Origin: Deltaproteobacteria bacterium
Lineage (GTDB): Bacteria > Desulfobacterota > Dissulfuribacteria > Dissulfuribacterales > UBA3076
Assembly: GCA_019310825.1 (NCBI GenBank)
Contig: JAFDDO010000001.1
Span: forward strand, 1-47,507
Length of the DNA stretch: 47,507 nucleotides
Direction: 5' to 3'
Shown here: positions 9,371 to 18,189 of the stretch, one piece after another
Numbering within the stretch: the stretch's first letter is position 1
Layout of the letters: every line of letters begins with the position of its first letter
Translations under genes and position numbers: made by a program
The notes under the pieces: model-generated
The model's input: only the letters and a program-made list of their open reading frames with translations
What the model was told of the DNA's origin: nothing
The model's database searches: none

Positions 9371-9970
9371 CTACTTTATGAGAACAAAGTCATCTCTACG
9401 GTCTTTTGCCCATGCTTCTTCGTTTTGTCCTGGATCCAGAGGCCGTTCCTCACCAAAGCTCACAGTTCCTATACGATCCGGGTTTACACCCAGATTGACA
9501 AGATATGCCTGAGCGCCTTTTGCCCTTCTTTCCCCAAGAGCCAAGTTATACTCATTTGTACCACGCTCATCACAGTTACCCTGGATTTCGATCATGACAT
9601 CAGGATGATCAAGCAGGAACAGAGCATTCTCTTCCATTATGGACTTCATGTCATCACGGATGTGAAAACGGTCAAAGTCAAAGTATACGGGGTGCATGGG
9701 GGCGCTGGTTCTGCCCTCAGAAATAGTCTCTCCAAAGCCGGCGGTAGCGCCCATAGCTTCGCATGGGATTTCTGTCTCACCCATACCAACTTCAGCAATA
9801 CCGGGCATTCCTTCAGGCCCTACGGCCGATTCCCCGATCTGCTCAACGACAAGTGCTTCTCCTTCTCCGCCTCTAACTGGTTTTTTACCACACCCGGCCA
9901 AAAGTCCCAGGCTCAATATCGAAATCAGCGCCAGCAAACAAAATTTTACTCCCACATTTCCCCGATACAT
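9371..9970 (-). CDS. pal: Peptidoglycan-associated lipoprotein Pal (OmpA-like domain)
   Basis: Lipobox LLAGC and OmpA_C motifs (VYFDFDRFHIR...GNCDERGTNEYNLALGERRA...RRDDF). The start is taken at ATG 9970, which lies 6 nt after GGGAGG. The ORF track start at 9985 is a TTG inside the RBS. Confidence 0.85.
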   Translation of the reverse strand: MYRGNVGVKFCLLALISILSLGLLAGCGKKPVRGGEGEALVVEQIGESAVGPEGMPGIAEVGMGETEIPCEAMGATAGFGETISEGRTSAPMHPVYFDFDRFHIRDDMKSIMEENALFLLDHPDVMIEIQGNCDERGTNEYNLALGERRAKGAQAYLVNLGVNPDRIGTVSFGEERPLDPGQNEEAWAKDRRDDFVLIK

Positions 9971-10204
9971 AAATGCCTCCCGCAAAATGGTTTTTAGTCA
10001 TACCATGCAACTACAATAGAATTACACTTAAAATCCACAGATTATGCTCCACTTTAGCAGAGGGGAAACAAAATTCAACCTGTTTTATTTACCAATAATG
10101 ATAATTCAAAAATTGCGAATTTAAGAATTAAAGGTGCTTTTTTGATTATAATCACTCAATTTCTCAACCCATCCATTTAGCCTTTTGAAAGAGCCTCGCT
10201 TTAT

Positions 10205-10328
10205 CCCGAATTATGCAGTTGCCGGGTTTGCCGAAAATGAGAGGCGGAGGTTGCGTAGACGCACTTTGGTACTTCAAACACCCGACAATAAAGCAGATTC
10301 GGTGAAATCGGCAACTGCATAATTTGGG
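10205..10328. other. Long-range inverted repeat (20-nt arms, 19/20 complementary) enclosing 84 nt; candidate structured RNA or hairpin element
   Basis: cccgaattatgcagttgccg at 10205-10224 pairs with cggcaactgcataatttggg at 10309-10328. The interior has nested pairings (ccgaa/ttcgg, tgcgtagacgca). Confidence 0.5.
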
Positions 10329-10356
10329 TTTATAATCCGGTTCCTCTTTAAGCACT

Positions 10357-12162
10357 TCAAGGAAGATAGGCCAACTTGGTGCCACTTATATATGATTTAA
10401 TACCGTTTACGATCCCCTCGGCCACGCGGTCCAGATAGTGGTCACTTTTGAGGCGTCCCTCCTCTTTCCTGTTACTGATAAACGACACTTCAACAAGAAC
10501 AGAAGGCATCCTTGCACCTATCAGGACAAAAAATGGGGCCTGTTTGACTCCTTTGCTTTTCACATTGCTATATTCTTTTCTGAGGTTACTTACAACTTCC
10601 CTCTGCACATAACTTGCGAGGCGTGAGGACTCATCGACCTTGGTGTTTTTCATTATGTCGTTGAGGATGTGCTTAAGATCCCCTATTCTTTTAGTGGATG
10701 TAGCATTTTCTCTGGCTGCCACCCTCATGGCCTCTTCATCCAGCGCAAAGTTTAAAAAGTAGGTCTCAACTCCACTAGCTCTCCTACTGGGAGCTGCGTT
10801 TGCGTGAATAGACACAAAGAGATCGGCTTTTCTGGCGTTGGCAATGGCAGTCCTCTGTGTAAGTGGCAGGAACCGATCTTTTTTTCTGGTTAGGATAACC
10901 TGGCAGGCAAGGTCTTTTTTTAGTCGTGAAGCCACTTTCTTCGCAATCTTGAGCACAACGTCTTTTTCCCTCAGGCCGGTAGGCCCGATAGCCCCTGGAT
11001 CCTTTCCGCCGTGGCCGGCATCTATCACCACTCGTTTTACACAAAGGCTTAGCTGTTGCGCGAGAGAAAGACCATTATCTTTTAATTGGTCCTTGGTCTT
11101 TTTATGTATTTTTGAAGACTGGGGAGTGCAGGAAGGCCTCTTGAAATAGCTCTCTCCAAAAGCGTCCACCACCACCCTGAAGGGGTCATCAAGATAAAAA
11201 ATCTTTGTCTTATGGGTCTTCCTGAGGTCAAGTACCACCCGGACTGTACCATGTTTGAACTGGGCTACTCTCACTCTTTTGAGTAGCCCATCCTGTATAG
11301 AGATGTTGCTCTTGATGTTTTTCCCTATACGGGCCGGCTTAAGGTCTAAATAAATACGTTCCGGAAGGTGTTCGGCCTTATTGGCAGGGAGATATCCCTT
11401 CTTAAAGGATACAGGGCCTGCTGTGTCAATTACTACCCTGGTGTAGTCCGAAGCAGACCAATGCCTCACCTCCCTCACAGTAGCAGGTTTTGTACCTGGA
11501 ACAATCCTCGGACTGGAGAAACCGGCGGGTCCTTTTTCCTTCTCATAATATGTTGTCAGTTTTGAAGATTTTATTTTCTGCTGCTGTTCAGGACCTAGAA
11601 TTTTCAACTTGTTTCCGGCAATCCTGGCCTTGTCTCTTTTGGGATATTCTTCAACTATACGTTCCCAAGCCTCTCGGGCCAGCCTGATATTTCCGGTACG
11701 CTTGTAAAGGTCGCCGAGGGCGCAGAGGGAGTCATCTGCCAGGCGGCTTTGCGGGAATCTCTCAGTTAGGACCTGATATCGCTCAATGGCCTCTTTTATA
11801 TCCTTCCTGGCTCCTGAGTATCCATATAATTCACTGTAGCAACAGGCCATCATGAAGAGGGCTTTGGGGGCAACCTTCTTGTTATTGGGATAGGTGAGAT
11901 AGACTTTCCTGAATTTCTTAATTACCCGAACCCATGCTGTTCTGTGAGTGCGAAGTCGGGAATTCCTGGCAAGGCGATCATATTCAGATTTGGCCTGACG
12001 ATAGTTGTATTCAGCCCTGCTTACAGCAGAGTGCCTGGACTTTTTTGCGTGTGCAGAGTCCATGGCAATGAGCAAAAATGTACCTGATAGAAAAGCAATA
12101 ATAAACAGAGACATAAAAAACCGTCGTTGGACGCAGTTATGCTCAGATACTAATAGGCTCAT
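10357..12162 (-). CDS. N-acetylmuramoyl-L-alanine amidase with N-terminal YbgF/BamD-like TPR region and AMIN domain
   Basis: Signal or anchor segment, then TPR-like repeats (YPNNKKVAPKALFMMACCY...RFPQSRLADDSL...EYPKRDKA). An AMIN-like segment follows (VREVRHWSASDYTRVVIDT...VRVVLDL), then Amidase_3 (VVIDAGHGGKDPGA...FVSIHANA...GVETYF). The start is uncertain: 12162 or ATG 12114. Confidence 0.85.
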   Translation of the reverse strand: MSLLVSEHNCVQRRFFMSLFIIAFLSGTFLLIAMDSAHAKKSRHSAVSRAEYNYRQAKSEYDRLARNSRLRTHRTAWVRVIKKFRKVYLTYPNNKKVAPKALFMMACCYSELYGYSGARKDIKEAIERYQVLTERFPQSRLADDSLCALGDLYKRTGNIRLAREAWERIVEEYPKRDKARIAGNKLKILGPEQQQKIKSSKLTTYYEKEKGPAGFSSPRIVPGTKPATVREVRHWSASDYTRVVIDTAGPVSFKKGYLPANKAEHLPERIYLDLKPARIGKNIKSNISIQDGLLKRVRVAQFKHGTVRVVLDLRKTHKTKIFYLDDPFRVVVDAFGESYFKRPSCTPQSSKIHKKTKDQLKDNGLSLAQQLSLCVKRVVIDAGHGGKDPGAIGPTGLREKDVVLKIAKKVASRLKKDLACQVILTRKKDRFLPLTQRTAIANARKADLFVSIHANAAPSRRASGVETYFLNFALDEEAMRVAARENATSTKRIGDLKHILNDIMKNTKVDESSRLASYVQREVVSNLRKEYSNVKSKGVKQAPFFVLIGARMPSVLVEVSFISNRKEEGRLKSDHYLDRVAEGIVNGIKSYISGTKLAYLP

Positions 12163-12202
12163 AACTTCAGTAATCCGTGCTCTTTTGCATTTATTTGCGG
12201 TT

Positions 12203-14899
12203 TCATGTTGTCTTTTTACTTTTTTCTGCCATGGATTTAAGCTCTGCTAAGTAGTTAATGGCTTCAAGAGGTGTCATGTTATTGATATCGGCGGAGAGTA
12301 ACTTTTCTCTGAACTCAGCTCCCTGATCAATGACAAGTGGTAGGGGCATCTGGGCCGGATGCTGCTGCTTAGGCCTCCTTTTCCATACAGGGCCAGCAGG
12401 AATTTCCTTTTTGTCCTTAGAGGTCTTCTTTTCAATACCTTTCAGGATCTCCTTGGCCTTTTTGATTACTGACTCAGGTACACCGGCCAGGGCAGCAACC
12501 TGGATTCCGTAACTGCGGCTGGTGAACCCATCCACCAGCCGTCGCAAAAAGACTATCTGATCCTCCCACTCCTTAACAGCTATATGCATGTTGCGCACCC
12601 CGTCGTGTTTTTTGGCCAGGTCTGTCAATTCATGATAATGAGTGGCAAAGAGAGTTTTTACTCCCTTTTTGTCTTTGTACAATAAATTTTCAGCCACTGC
12701 CCACGCAATGGCAAGGCCATCGTAAGTGCTTGTCCCACGGCCTATCTCGTCCAGTATTACAAGACTCCGGCTTGTGGCGTTATGAAGGATATTTGCTGTC
12801 TCATTCATTTCCACCATGAACGTACTTTGGCCCCGAGTCAAGTAGTCTGTAGCACCTACCCGTGTGAATATCCGGTCCACCACACCTATCAGCGCCCTTT
12901 CCGCCGGGACAAAACTTCCCATCTGAGCCATTAAGACAATAAGGGCGGTCTGCCTGAGGACCGTGGATTTACCGGCCATGTTCGGCCCGGTTATAATTAT
13001 GAGCTGAGAATCACGGTGGTTCAACTCCACGTCGTTTGGAACAAAACCTTCCTTCAGGGTATATTCTATAACTGGATGTCTGCCTTGGCGTATAAATATT
13101 CTCCTGTCGTGATCCAGCTTTGGTCTCACGTAGTTATAGCGTTCAGCCGCCTCTGCAAGGGAAGACAGGCAGTCTATTCTTGCCAGTGCAGCAGCTGTGT
13201 TCTGTAGGCGAGTTCCTGCTTCAGCTACTTGAAGCCGGATCTCCAAAAACAGCTCGAATTCAAGGGCCAGCCTATGGTCTTGGGCAGTGAGGATCTTTGA
13301 TTCTATCTCCTTTAGTTCCGGAGTAATATAGCGTTCTGCCGCCACAAGGGTCTGCTTCCTGATGTAATCATCAGGGACAGTGTCGGCCCTGGCCTTTGAA
13401 ACCTCAAGGTAATAACCAAAGACCTTGTTAAATCCGACCTTGAGAGATGGGATGCCGGTCCTCTCCCGTTCTCTGGCTTCCAATCCGGCTATAAAAGACC
13501 TGCCATCTCTCTGGATATGAATGAGCTCATCAAGTTCTTTGTTGAATCCCTCCCTTATGAGCTTGCCCTCTCTGAGAAGTACTGGGCAGTCATCTCTTAT
13601 GGAACGGTTTATGATATCTGCTATGTCCTGCAAGGGATCCAAGGCCATGTGAATTTTAGTCAAATCCCCTTTTTTATCTTTTTTTAAAGAAGGAATTTGC
13701 AAGAGACTTTCCAGAGCTTTTTTTATCCCCGGTATTCGAGTAACAGATTGCTTGAGGGCCAGGAGATCTCTCCCGTTAGCAGTGCCAAGGACTGTCCTGG
13801 CCACGAGTCGCTCAATGTCATAAACCTGGCGCATCTCCTTTCTTAAATTCTCTCGAACCGAAGGATTTTTTTTGAGTATTTCCACAACGGACAGCCTGCC
13901 TTGTATTTCAGCAATATCTCTTGAGGGATAGAGGATCCACTTCTTAAGAAGACGCCCTCCCATGGGAGTTACAGTAAGGTCCAAAACGTCCAACAGAGTA
14001 CCTTGGCGGCCACGGTCCAAAGAGTTTGACAGCAGCTCCAGATTCTGTTTTGTGGCCTCATCTATGATGAGGTAATCGCTCAGGAGATAAGGTTTTAGAT
14101 GTTTTATATGAGATGCCTCGCCCTTTTGGGTCTCAGAAGCGTACGATAAAAGCGCCCCTGCCGCCCCGATGCCGGAACTAAGCCCTGTCAGACCGAAACC
14201 ATCCAGGGAAAGAGTCCTTAAATGCTCCTGAAGGTCTGCTTTAGCCCTGTCATACTGCCACCATACGTCCGGCCTGAAGCTCAGAAAGGTCCCTGGGATG
14301 GCCTGTTTCACCCGGACAACAAGTTGTCCTTCCTGCCGGCTCTCCGGCAAGAGGACTTCCGCAGGCTCCAGACGGTGGAGTTCTGTAAGGGCCTCTTCCT
14401 CCCTGAGGAGTTCGGTCACCCTGAATTCTCCTGTTGAGATGTCAAGACAGGAAAGTCCCCACGGCTCTTTGGTACTTCCAGGATTTATAGAAATCAGGAA
14501 GTTGTTGGTTTTGGCTCCTATGCTCCCTTCTGTAGTGATTAGTCCGGGAGTCATCACCCGAATCACTTCTCTTTTGACTAACCCTTTGGCCCTTTTGGGG
14601 TCTTCTACCTGCTCACATATTGCTACCCGGTGTCCGGACTGTACAAGCCTGGTCAGATAGTTCTCAGCTGCATGTACCGGGACACCGCACATTGGAATTC
14701 TTTCTTCTTTGTGTTTGTTTCTAGATGTAAGTGTGATTTCCAAAATCCGGGAAGCTATCTTGGCATCATCTAGGAACATTTCGTAAAAATCTCCCATGCG
14801 AAAAAATAAAATTGCGTCAGGATACTGGGATTTAATACCCTTGTATTGTTGCAACATAGGCGTGATATTTTTCGTTTTATCTTTTATGTTCTGTGCCAT
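12203..14899 (-). CDS. mutS: DNA mismatch repair protein MutS
   Basis: TPMLQQYKGIKSQYPDAILFFRMGDFYEMF at the N-terminus, Walker A GPNMAGKST, and DEIGRGTSTYDG. The start is chosen at MAQNIKD (14899) rather than the ORF track start at 14956. Confidence 0.95.
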   Translation of the reverse strand: MAQNIKDKTKNITPMLQQYKGIKSQYPDAILFFRMGDFYEMFLDDAKIASRILEITLTSRNKHKEERIPMCGVPVHAAENYLTRLVQSGHRVAICEQVEDPKRAKGLVKREVIRVMTPGLITTEGSIGAKTNNFLISINPGSTKEPWGLSCLDISTGEFRVTELLREEEALTELHRLEPAEVLLPESRQEGQLVVRVKQAIPGTFLSFRPDVWWQYDRAKADLQEHLRTLSLDGFGLTGLSSGIGAAGALLSYASETQKGEASHIKHLKPYLLSDYLIIDEATKQNLELLSNSLDRGRQGTLLDVLDLTVTPMGGRLLKKWILYPSRDIAEIQGRLSVVEILKKNPSVRENLRKEMRQVYDIERLVARTVLGTANGRDLLALKQSVTRIPGIKKALESLLQIPSLKKDKKGDLTKIHMALDPLQDIADIINRSIRDDCPVLLREGKLIREGFNKELDELIHIQRDGRSFIAGLEARERERTGIPSLKVGFNKVFGYYLEVSKARADTVPDDYIRKQTLVAAERYITPELKEIESKILTAQDHRLALEFELFLEIRLQVAEAGTRLQNTAAALARIDCLSSLAEAAERYNYVRPKLDHDRRIFIRQGRHPVIEYTLKEGFVPNDVELNHRDSQLIIITGPNMAGKSTVLRQTALIVLMAQMGSFVPAERALIGVVDRIFTRVGATDYLTRGQSTFMVEMNETANILHNATSRSLVILDEIGRGTSTYDGLAIAWAVAENLLYKDKKGVKTLFATHYHELTDLAKKHDGVRNMHIAVKEWEDQIVFLRRLVDGFTSRSYGIQVAALAGVPESVIKKAKEILKGIEKKTSKDKKEIPAGPVWKRRPKQQHPAQMPLPLVIDQGAEFREKLLSADINNMTPLEAINYLAELKSMAEKSKKTT

Positions 14900-15041
14900 T
14901 TGGTTGTTGGATAAAAAATTCAACGTAAGCATATAACCGTTCATACTCACAGACAAGGAGTGAATAATTACTTGAGCATAGCCCTTTGTTACTTTCTATG
15001 TTATTTCCTTATTCAAGATTAAGAAAGGGGGTTTTTTATAG

Positions 15042-16052
15042 GTGGAAGCATCTCCTGAGAAGGTATCTGCCCACAGATCTAATATCAAAGGTATTTTGGA
15101 CTCCTTCAAACCGGATTTTGAAAAAATAGAGCAGGTGTTGAACAGACATTTTGCTTCTCATATACCCTTTGTAAATGAAGTAAGCCAGTACATCCTCTTC
15201 GCAGGAGGAAAACGTCTAAGGCCATTACTTACTGTATGTGCAGCAAGATTATTCGGTAAAGACGATGAAGCTGTGTTTGATCTTTCAGTAGTCCCGGAGT
15301 ACCTCCATGCTGCCAGTCTTCTCCACGACGACGTGGTAGATGGAGGTGTGATGCGTCGCGGCAAGTCTCCTGCCTATAAAATATGGGGGAATAAGGCCAC
15401 GGTCCTAGTTGGTGATTTCCTCTATGCCAGGGCCATTGAGCTTGCCAGCCAGTTTGGGGACACCCGCATAGCAAAAGCCATTGCAGAGACAGTCGCCCTG
15501 ATGTCTGAAGGTGAAATTATACAGCTCTTACAGGCAAAGACCCCAAGTTTTGACGAGAAGACCTATTTAGAAATCATTAACAGAAAGACGGCCTCGCTGA
15601 TTTCTGCATCATGTAAAATCGGGGCACTCCTAGCTGGCGCTGGGAAGTCAGAGGTACAAGCCCTCAGCGACTATGGTCTCTATCTGGGCCAGGCATTTCA
15701 GATGATTGACGATATCCTTGATTATACTGCAGATGCCAGTGAGTTGGGAAAGGCCATTGGGACAGACCTTGCGGAGGGGAAAATTACACTGCCCCTTGTT
15801 GTGGCCATTGACAAGGCATCTTCCAGAGAAAAAGTTCGGTTATTACAGGTGCTCAGGGGCGGCAATCCCTCCGAGAAGGAACTTGTGTGGGTGAAGGATT
15901 TGCTGGCCAATACCGGTGGACTGGATTATACACGTAGTCGTGCAAAAGCCTTGGTTGGTATGGCCTGTAAAGGTTTAGAGACTTTTGCTCCAGTAGAAAC
16001 AAAGGACTTACTCAATGGCCTTGCATGGTTTGTTTTAGAGCGTCGCAAGTAA
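15042..16052 (+). CDS. Polyprenyl diphosphate synthase (IspB-like, long-chain trans-prenyltransferase)
   Basis: First DDxxD motif LLHDDVVDGGVMRRG and second motif FQMIDDILDY. GTG start 10 nt after AAGGGGG. Confidence 0.85.
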   Translation: MEASPEKVSAHRSNIKGILDSFKPDFEKIEQVLNRHFASHIPFVNEVSQYILFAGGKRLRPLLTVCAARLFGKDDEAVFDLSVVPEYLHAASLLHDDVVDGGVMRRGKSPAYKIWGNKATVLVGDFLYARAIELASQFGDTRIAKAIAETVALMSEGEIIQLLQAKTPSFDEKTYLEIINRKTASLISASCKIGALLAGAGKSEVQALSDYGLYLGQAFQMIDDILDYTADASELGKAIGTDLAEGKITLPLVVAIDKASSREKVRLLQVLRGGNPSEKELVWVKDLLANTGGLDYTRSRAKALVGMACKGLETFAPVETKDLLNGLAWFVLERRK

Positions 16053-16071
16053 CGTAAGTGAGGGTAAGACA

Positions 16072-16797
16072 GTGCTGAAATCGACTGGGATTCTTTCCAA
16101 AAGTGCTTTAAAGGGCCTTATTCTTTTAGGAGGGACAGGTGCTCTGACTGCAGGCGCATATGAGATCTTTTGCTCTAGGGCCACCTTATGGGGCAGGGTA
16201 TTAACCCATGGTTCCAGAAATGTACCTGCAATAAGTCTCGTGTTCGACCAAAGCCCAAACCCTTTAACAGAGCCTATTTGCAAACGACTGCATGAGCTTG
16301 AGATTCCAGCCACATTTTTCATAGAAGGGGAAAAAGCCAAAAGTAATCCCCGGGCCATGCGCTCCCTGCAGTCCTTTGAGATAGGGATCCATGGAGAAAC
16401 TTACAGATCGCTTATTTTTCAAAACAAAATGGAATTAAGGCACATGCTCAAGCCCTGCCTAACACTGGCAAACGACATCCAGGGAAGGGATGCCTGCTTT
16501 CTTATGCCGCCTCATGGATGGAAGGACCTTCGACTGATAAGGACGGCAAGAGAGCTGGGTCTTTTCGTGGTCAATCCATCCCTTAAGCTCAGTTGGCGTG
16601 AGGGAGTCCTTTTTAATACTTCAGTTGAGCGTATTCTGACATATGTGGGACCAGGTGACATAATTCTTGTAAAAAATGATCCTTTGAGATCACCTCCTGA
16701 GCCCCTTTTTATTGAACTGCTCACATTATTGATTATTGGTCTCAAAGATAAGGGCCTCAGGATCTGGGGGCTAAGCCCTTTGCTTCGTCTCCATTAA
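16072..16797 (+). CDS. Divergent polysaccharide deacetylase (NodB-homology) -like protein
   Basis: N-terminal anchor, then ISLVFDQSPNP...ATFFIEGEKA...EIGIHGETY, which resembles NodB motifs 1-2 with substitutions (DQ for DD, HGETY for HxxxH). Confidence 0.5.
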   Translation: MLKSTGILSKSALKGLILLGGTGALTAGAYEIFCSRATLWGRVLTHGSRNVPAISLVFDQSPNPLTEPICKRLHELEIPATFFIEGEKAKSNPRAMRSLQSFEIGIHGETYRSLIFQNKMELRHMLKPCLTLANDIQGRDACFLMPPHGWKDLRLIRTARELGLFVVNPSLKLSWREGVLFNTSVERILTYVGPGDIILVKNDPLRSPPEPLFIELLTLLIIGLKDKGLRIWGLSPLLRLH

Positions 16798-16894
16798 TTG
16801 CGTTACTTAAATTTTGTATTGTGAGCCATACTGATTACCACAATATTCGATTTGGCTCAGGAAAGTCAGCCTGATTACCAAAATGCATGTCTGC

Positions 16895-17641
16895 TTAAGA
16901 AGATTGAAAGCATAGTCTTTTCAAGTTCAAAAGCCTGCTGGCTCCGGCGATTGTTGTACCATAGAGATAAAGTGGCCTTTGATATTTGTCTGAAAGAAAA
17001 ATCAACTGAGACAGGGAATCATTTACTATTGTTGAGCCTGTCGCCAGAATGACGTCGCAGGTCTTAAAGAGTTCTTCTGTCATTTCTCCGCCATCCCAGA
17101 TAGACACTCCATATTTTATTTTATTAATATTATCTCTATCAAGGTCTGTTGCTTTCAGATTTTCCGCAGATAACCTCCTGGAGAAATTATCTATTATTGC
17201 CGGCTGGAATCCAACAATTCCAATCTTGACATCAGAGCTATATTTATCGATGATTGTCCTGACCATTTCCTTGGCGCAAGATTCCGGCTCCTTGTCTTTG
17301 CAGTGAACAGTATCGTTAATAATACCCACGTACCGCATCAGTGAATTCAACGTAGCGACAAAGAGCGCTCTCTCGCCGTTATCCGTTAATCTTAATTCGA
17401 GTATTTTCTCAAGTTTTCCTCTGAAAGTTCTTGGTATGTCAGTAAATGCCTGTCCCAAGGCATTTTTGAAATTCGCCTGGATTAAAGACTCTTTGCCTTT
17501 AAGCAGCGGAAAATCTTTCCTTTCTGTCTTGCCTATGGCTTCCTCGGGTGTCAGAATTTTCGCCGTGATATTCACCTCACTTTCCATAAAACCATTTTCT
17601 ACAGCTATATCTTTTAGCGCTTCTTTCAGTTCTGCGTACAT
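16895..17641 (-). CDS. DUF364/DUF4213-like Rossmann-domain protein (putative chelatase-like, function unknown)
   Basis: 248-aa ORF whose overall pattern (KIGIVGFQPAII...DVILATGSTIVNDSL...LYGTT) recalls DUF364 proteins. Assigned by eye only. Confidence 0.55.
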   Translation of the reverse strand: MYAELKEALKDIAVENGFMESEVNITAKILTPEEAIGKTERKDFPLLKGKESLIQANFKNALGQAFTDIPRTFRGKLEKILELRLTDNGERALFVATLNSLMRYVGIINDTVHCKDKEPESCAKEMVRTIIDKYSSDVKIGIVGFQPAIIDNFSRRLSAENLKATDLDRDNINKIKYGVSIWDGGEMTEELFKTCDVILATGSTIVNDSLSQLIFLSDKYQRPLYLYGTTIAGASRLLNLKRLCFQSS

Positions 17642-17687
17642 TTTCCTTTTTGCCTTTCACTTAATGTCCACTAGCAGTGTTTTGGAA

Positions 17688-17987
17688 GATGAACGTCGAA
17701 CATCGAACGTCCAACGTCGAATGAAAAACGAATATCCAATACCGAACATTAAACAGCTATTTCTGTTTCTTTTCACCCGCCTTGATACTCGTAACGAAAA
17801 ACGAACTATTCCATTATTCCTCATGCGGGGCAAAAATCCAAGCCTCAATACCTCCCCCTATAAATTCAATGGGTTGTAGAATTTCCGAGACGTTTAATTA
17901 ACAGCCTTTCTTACATATCATAAGTCTGTTTCTTCATCTTTTCCCATTCAACATTCGATGTTGGACGTTAGATGTTCGATGTTCATC
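17688..17987. repeat. 300-bp element bounded by 36-bp inverted repeats made of GAACRTC heptamers (MITE/IVS-like)
   Basis: Left arm gatgaacgtcgaacatcgaacgtccaacgtcgaatg (17688-17723). Right arm cattcgatgttggacgttagatgttcgatgttcatc (17952-17987). 33/36 positions are complementary and the interior is 228 bp. Confidence 0.75.
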
Positions 17988-18189
17988 AGTCCATCCGGCA
18001 TAAAAACAACTTAGCGCTTATGCCTAATGACCTTGTACTTACTCAAACATTATACCACTTAGATTGTGGCTGTCTCAAAATTCAGGCATCTAAGAGCATA
18101 GGATCATCAGAACAGGCGTTGACACCTTTACGTCAGATGGTAGGTTGAGCCTGCCTTTTTCTGAGAACAAGCATGGGGAGAAGAAGATT

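Noticed and set aside
9227-9997. 256-aa plus-strand ORF
   Set aside because: It is fully antisense to the well-supported pal gene, has a low-complexity, Cys/Phe-rich translation, and shows no recognisable motifs.
10164-10385. 73-aa minus-strand ORF
   Set aside because: It overlaps the amidase stop and is spanned by the 20-nt inverted repeat structure. It is most likely a non-coding structured region.
17436-17879. ORFs (147 aa plus strand, 63 aa minus strand) inside and around the 300-bp inverted-repeat element
   Set aside because: The first is antisense to the DUF364-like gene start. Both run through the heptamer arms, and neither has motif support.
18118-18150. TTGACA-containing candidate promoter, and a possible purine or ZTP riboswitch upstream of purD-purE
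   Set aside because: The -10 region is poor (TAGGTT), and no ZTP or purine riboswitch core sequences are visible.
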